Of a DNA stretch of 64,000 bases, positions 59,592 through 64,000 are shown one piece after another. The DNA is from an uncultured Leptospirales bacterium. Its GTDB lineage: Bacteria > Spirochaetota > UBA4802 > UBA5550. How positions within the stretch are numbered: position 1 is the first letter of the stretch; every line of letters begins with the position of its first letter. The position numbers and the translations under genes were made by a program. The stretch spans positions 69,440-133,439 of the forward strand of contig CAYTNW010000008.1 in assembly GCA_964439325.1 (NCBI GenBank). The letters are read 5' to 3'. The notes beneath the pieces were generated by a model. That model was given only the letters and a program-made list of their open reading frames with translations. It searched no databases and was not told the DNA's origin.

Positions 59592-60635
59592 ATGGTAGAT
59601 AAAATAAAAATTGGTTATGCAATCGCAAATATCGATTTACAACATCCCGCTTATAGAAGGAGATTTTGCTTTTATGCACAGCAAAGAAATCTGAATTGGG
59701 AAATTGCTGATTTTAAAAAGAAATATGATATAATTGTTGTTCATCATTCAGCTGATTTAACGTTATGGTATAAATATGAAGATAGTAAAATTATTTTTGA
59801 TTATAATGATGATTATCTTGCAGCCTCTGATGGAGGATTAAAAGCAATATTTAGAGGAACAGCGAAATTTTTAACAAGGCAATATAAATATTTGGAGCTT
59901 GATTATTCAAATGCATATATTAAAATGATGAAGAAAGCCGATGCTGTTGTGTGCTCTACTAATGCGCAGGAAGAGGATGTCAGAAAATATTGTTTAAATA
60001 TACACCAGATATTAGATATGCAAAGTGATAAAGATTGGATAACTAAAAGTAATTATAATGCTGGAAAACCTTTTAATATTGTGTGGGAAGGATTCCCTGA
60101 TTTTTTAGGGATTAAATCTATTTTACCATTACTTGCGAAAGTAAAAGATAAAGAAAATTTTAATATGCATATAGTTACAGCAATAAAATATGGAAGGTTC
60201 TTAATGAATCTATTCCCTGTCCATAGTAAAGATAAAATGGATAAAATTTTTCCGTTCAAAGATGTATTTTTATATGAATGGAATAAATATTTAATTTCAA
60301 ATATAGTTACATCTTGTGACTTGGCTATTATACCAATAGCGATGGATAATCCTTTCTGGGTTAGTAAACCTGCTAATAAATTACTTTTTTTTTGGCGGAT
60401 GGGTATGCCTGTATTAACTTCACCAACACCAGAATATAAAAAAATTATGGAACAGTGTGGTATAGATATGATATGTTACACTCCAGAAGATTGGGAAGAA
60501 AAATTGATTAATTATATGTACGATAAAAAAGAAAGAACAAATGTTGGCCTTTTAGTAAAGAAGTTCGTTGAAAATAATTATAATGAGAATAAACTTTTAT
60601 CACAATGGGACAATGTGTTTGAATCAGTTTTATAG
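59592..60635 (+). CDS. Probable GT-B glycosyltransferase
   Basis: C-terminal CDLAIIP...KPANKL...GMPVLTS nucleotide-sugar-binding-like motif. Confidence 0.65.
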   Translation: MVDKIKIGYAIANIDLQHPAYRRRFCFYAQQRNLNWEIADFKKKYDIIVVHHSADLTLWYKYEDSKIIFDYNDDYLAASDGGLKAIFRGTAKFLTRQYKYLELDYSNAYIKMMKKADAVVCSTNAQEEDVRKYCLNIHQILDMQSDKDWITKSNYNAGKPFNIVWEGFPDFLGIKSILPLLAKVKDKENFNMHIVTAIKYGRFLMNLFPVHSKDKMDKIFPFKDVFLYEWNKYLISNIVTSCDLAIIPIAMDNPFWVSKPANKLLFFWRMGMPVLTSPTPEYKKIMEQCGIDMICYTPEDWEEKLINYMYDKKERTNVGLLVKKFVENNYNENKLLSQWDNVFESVL

Positions 60636-60699
60636 GAAAGAAAGTATTATTCTGATGATAAAAAATTTAATATAAATTAAAATTTGTTTGTGGGTTAAA

Positions 60700-61719
60700 A
60701 TGTTTAATAACAAAACTCTATTAATCACCGGAGGCACTGGATCCTTCGGTAATGCAACAGTAAATAGATTTCTTAAAACGGAAATAAAAGAGATCCGCAT
60801 TTTCAGCCGTGACGAAAAGAAACAGGACGATATGCGTAAATTATACAATAATGATAAGTTAAAATTCTACATAGGTGACGTCCGCGATTATAACAGCATT
60901 AACTTTGCTCTTAAAGGAGTTGATTATGTTTTCAGCGCTGCTGCGTTAAAACAGGTTCCATCTTGCGAATTTTTTCCTATGGAGGCCGTTCGTACAAATG
61001 TTATCGGAACAGAGAATGTATTGAATGCCGCCATTGATAATGGAGTTAAAAAGGTAATAGTTCTAAGTACTGATAAAGCAGTTTATCCGATAAACGCAAT
61101 GGGGATTTCCAAAGCGATGATGGAGAAGGTTATGGTCGCGAAATCCCGCAATAGTGATATAACTGGAACAGTCATGTGCGGAACAAGGTATGGAAATGTT
61201 ATGGCGTCCCGCGGATCAGTAATACCTCTTTTTATTGATCAGATTAAGAATGGAAGACCGATTACAATAACGAACCCGAATATGACAAGATTTATGATGA
61301 GTCTTGATAACGCTGTGGATCTTGTAATTTATGCATTTCAGCATGGAAATCCGGGAGATATTTTAGTGCAGAAAGCGCCTGCATGTACAATAGAAGTACT
61401 TGCACAGGCACTTAAAGATATTTTTAATGCAGATAATGAGATCAAAGTTATCGGAACCCGGCATGGTGAGAAAATTTATGAAAGTCTTATGACATCTGAA
61501 GAGATGGCTGAAGCGGAGGATCTGATCGAATTTTTCAGAATCCTTGCAGATAACAGGGATTTAAATTACAACAAATACTTTAATGAAGGAGATTTACTAT
61601 CTGATAATATTGAGTCATATACATCACATAATACTCGAAGATTGAATGTTGAGGAAACTAAAAGTCTGCTACTCGGGCTTGATTATGTTCAGGAACAAAT
61701 AAATGGTCGGGCGGTATAG
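60700..61719 (+). CDS. fnlA: UDP-GlcNAc 4,6-dehydratase/5-epimerase (FnlA/WbjB/CapE)
   Basis: TGGTGSFG, SRDEKKQDDMR, AALKQVPSCEF, STDKAVYP and RYGNVMASRGSV. Confidence 0.95.
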   Translation: MFNNKTLLITGGTGSFGNATVNRFLKTEIKEIRIFSRDEKKQDDMRKLYNNDKLKFYIGDVRDYNSINFALKGVDYVFSAAALKQVPSCEFFPMEAVRTNVIGTENVLNAAIDNGVKKVIVLSTDKAVYPINAMGISKAMMEKVMVAKSRNSDITGTVMCGTRYGNVMASRGSVIPLFIDQIKNGRPITITNPNMTRFMMSLDNAVDLVIYAFQHGNPGDILVQKAPACTIEVLAQALKDIFNADNEIKVIGTRHGEKIYESLMTSEEMAEAEDLIEFFRILADNRDLNYNKYFNEGDLLSDNIESYTSHNTRRLNVEETKSLLLGLDYVQEQINGRAV

Positions 61720-61721
61720 TC

Positions 61722-62828
61722 ATGAAGGTTTTAGTAACAGGAGCGGATGGTTTTATTGGAAAAAATCTGTGTATAGCACTGGGGCGAATTAATAACATTG
61801 AATTATATAAATATGATATAGACAGCTCAGTCGAGGAATTGAATAACTATCTTTTAGATGTCGATTTTATATTCCATCTGGCAGGTGTCAACAGACCTGA
61901 AAAAGATGAAGAATATAATGATAATGCTGAATTTACGAAACAGATTTGTGAAATATTAAAGAAGCATAATAATCCGGCAACTGTCATCTTCTCTTCATCA
62001 ACTCAATCTATCCTTGATAATACTTACGGGAAAAGTAAAAAAAATGCGGAGGATTATCTAATTGAATATAGTAAAAAATTAAATTCTCTGGTATGCATTT
62101 ACAGATTTCCAAATGTTTTCGGAAAATGGTCAAAACCTAATTATAACTCAGTGGTATCAACATTTTGTTATAACATATCTCATGATCTTGAGATTTCAAT
62201 ATCGGATAAAAGCAGAATCATTGAATTTGTTTATATTGATGATGTTGTTCATTGTTTTCTTGACAAGCTTGAAAAAACTTTGAATGGAGATCAGTTATTT
62301 TATGATGACTATCAAACATATAAAATTTCTCTTGGAGATCTTGCAGATAGAATAAAGTTTTTTAAAGAGATGCGTACTACATTGGTTATTGATGATCTTT
62401 CAGATAATCTGAATAAATATCTGTATTCGACTTATCTTTCTTTTTATGAAAAAGATAATTTTATATATTCTCTCGATAAAAAGGTTGATGACAGGGGATG
62501 GTTGTTCGAATTACTGAAATCAAAACATCTTGGCCAGATTTTTATTTCAAAAACAAAACCAGGTATAACCAGAGGGAATCATTATCACGATACAAAGGTT
62601 GAAAAATTTTGTGTCATAAGCGGTACTGCATCAATAAAATTACGACATATTATTGATAATTCAACAATAGAATACATTGTTAATGATGAAAAGATTCAGA
62701 TTATTGATATACCTCCAGGTTTTACACATTCAATAAAGAATATCGGGAATAAAGATTTAATGACAATTTTCTGGGCTAATGAAATATTCAACCAAGATAA
62801 GCCGGATACATATTTTCTTGAGGTATAG
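61722..62828 (+). CDS. fnlB: UDP-2-acetamido-2,6-dideoxy-hexulose reductase (FnlB/WbjC/CapF)
   Basis: TGADGFIG, HLAGVNRP, PNVFGKWSKPNYNS and C-terminal cupin RGNHYH. Confidence 0.93.
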   Translation: MKVLVTGADGFIGKNLCIALGRINNIELYKYDIDSSVEELNNYLLDVDFIFHLAGVNRPEKDEEYNDNAEFTKQICEILKKHNNPATVIFSSSTQSILDNTYGKSKKNAEDYLIEYSKKLNSLVCIYRFPNVFGKWSKPNYNSVVSTFCYNISHDLEISISDKSRIIEFVYIDDVVHCFLDKLEKTLNGDQLFYDDYQTYKISLGDLADRIKFFKEMRTTLVIDDLSDNLNKYLYSTYLSFYEKDNFIYSLDKKVDDRGWLFELLKSKHLGQIFISKTKPGITRGNHYHDTKVEKFCVISGTASIKLRHIIDNSTIEYIVNDEKIQIIDIPPGFTHSIKNIGNKDLMTIFWANEIFNQDKPDTYFLEV

Positions 62829-62829
62829 C

Positions 62830-63957
62830 ATGTCAAAATTAAAGGTTATGACTGTAGTTGGAACACGTCCCGAAATAATCCGGTTATCATGTGTAATTAA
62901 AAAATTAGATTCATCCTGTGCGATTGAACACCTTCTGGTTCATACAGGCCAGAATTATGATTATGAATTAAATGAAGTATTCTTTAAAGACCTTGGACTC
63001 CGAAAACCGGATTATTTTCTTGATGCTGCGGGCAAGAATGCAACCGAGACTATTGGTAATATTATAATAAAAATTGATCAGGTTCTTGAAAAAGAAAATC
63101 CAGATAGTTTTCTTGTACTTGGTGATACGAATAGCTGTCTCTGCGCGATACCTGCGAAAAAGAGAAAAATACCGATCTTTCATATGGAAGCGGGGAATAG
63201 GTGTTTTGATCAACGAGTACCAGAGGAGACTAATCGTCGCATAGTTGATCATATAAGCGATATTAATCTTACATATAGCTCAATAGCAAGAGAGTATCTT
63301 CTTAGTGAAGGTCTACATGCAGACCGCGTTATTAAAACAGGGAGTCCGATGTATGAAGTTATACATTCTATTCTTCCTGAAATCAATTCAAGTATGGTAC
63401 TGTCAAAATTTAATTTGAAAGAAAATGGTTTTTTTCTTATTTCAAGTCATCGAGAAGAAAATATTAATTCTGAAAATTTTTTTGATCTTGTTAAAGTACT
63501 CAATCAGATTGCTGAAATATACAAGATCCCTGTCCTTGTGTCAACTCATCCCAGAACAAGAAATAGAATTGAAGAGACCGGAGTTAAATTTAATACCTTA
63601 GTCCAGTTATTAAAACCACTCGGTTTTATCGATTATCTTGCACTACAATTAAATGCAAAAGTTGTTTTATCGGATAGTGGTACCATTTCTGAAGAATCTT
63701 CTATATTAAAATTTCCAGCCCTCAATATTCGTGAAGCTCATGAAAGACCAGAAGCAATGGAAGAGGGAACAGTCTTGATGGTAGGTCTAAATCCAGTAAG
63801 AGTGCTGCAGGGAATAGCTGTTCTTGTAGATAATTTGAATAACGAAAGGATTCACATCGTAAAAGATTATGATGTAGATAATGTTTCAGAAAAGGTTTTA
63901 CGGATTATTTTAAGCTATACAGATTATGTTAATCGTGTTGTCTGGCAAAAAATATGA
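62830..63957 (+). CDS. fnlC: UDP-N-acetyl-hexosamine 2-epimerase (FnlC/WbjD/CapG)
   Basis: VGTRPEIIRL, HTGQNYD, HMEAGNRCFD, SHREEN, SDSGT and ERPE. Confidence 0.94.
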   Translation: MSKLKVMTVVGTRPEIIRLSCVIKKLDSSCAIEHLLVHTGQNYDYELNEVFFKDLGLRKPDYFLDAAGKNATETIGNIIIKIDQVLEKENPDSFLVLGDTNSCLCAIPAKKRKIPIFHMEAGNRCFDQRVPEETNRRIVDHISDINLTYSSIAREYLLSEGLHADRVIKTGSPMYEVIHSILPEINSSMVLSKFNLKENGFFLISSHREENINSENFFDLVKVLNQIAEIYKIPVLVSTHPRTRNRIEETGVKFNTLVQLLKPLGFIDYLALQLNAKVVLSDSGTISEESSILKFPALNIREAHERPEAMEEGTVLMVGLNPVRVLQGIAVLVDNLNNERIHIVKDYDVDNVSEKVLRIILSYTDYVNRVVWQKI

Positions 63958-64000
63958 AAATCTTAATTATAGTTATACAATATTTGCCTAACAGTAAAAC
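63954..64000 (+). CDS. Start of a probable GT4 (WbuB-like) glycosyltransferase, truncated by the window edge
   Basis: ATGA overlap with fnlC and the sequence MKILIIVIQYLPNSK. A WbuB-type L-FucNAc transferase typically follows fnlABC. Confidence 0.5.
   Translation, partial: MKILIIVIQYLPNSK

Overview
A 64-kb bacterial chromosome segment. Spirochaetal-style lipoproteins and a barrel/FlgD-Ig/OmpA protein suggest an uncultured spirochaete (inference). Bases 1-48.5 kb are a moderate-GC core region. They carry housekeeping genes (serC, DUF1015, sppA, tmk, sua5, htpG, smpB, gdh), chemotaxis and c-di-GMP genes (cheD-HDOD, cheW, two MCPs, an intact PAS-GGDEF cyclase, a degenerate REC-GGDEF), envelope proteins and several families of palindromic intergenic repeats. 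From about 43 kb there is a Wzx/Wzy-type surface-polysaccharide locus: SLBB export protein, Wzz-like protein, a WecA-PilZ fusion, then an AT-rich variable block ending in fnlABC. Four observations stand out. (1) A GAF-like/PPDK-ATP-grasp/nucleotidyltransferase fusion sits directly behind gdh and lacks the PEP-binding barrel. (2) A PilZ domain is fused to the polysaccharide-initiating WecA, near an intact diguanylate cyclase. (3) Toxin-antitoxin or defence-like modules are stacked at the 3' end of the EPS-associated MarR gene, each followed by a progressively more decayed copy of that 3' end. (4) A perfect palindrome lies over the MarR start codon. No rRNA, tRNA, CRISPR array, integrase or transposase was recognised. 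All family assignments come from motif recognition by eye, not database searches.
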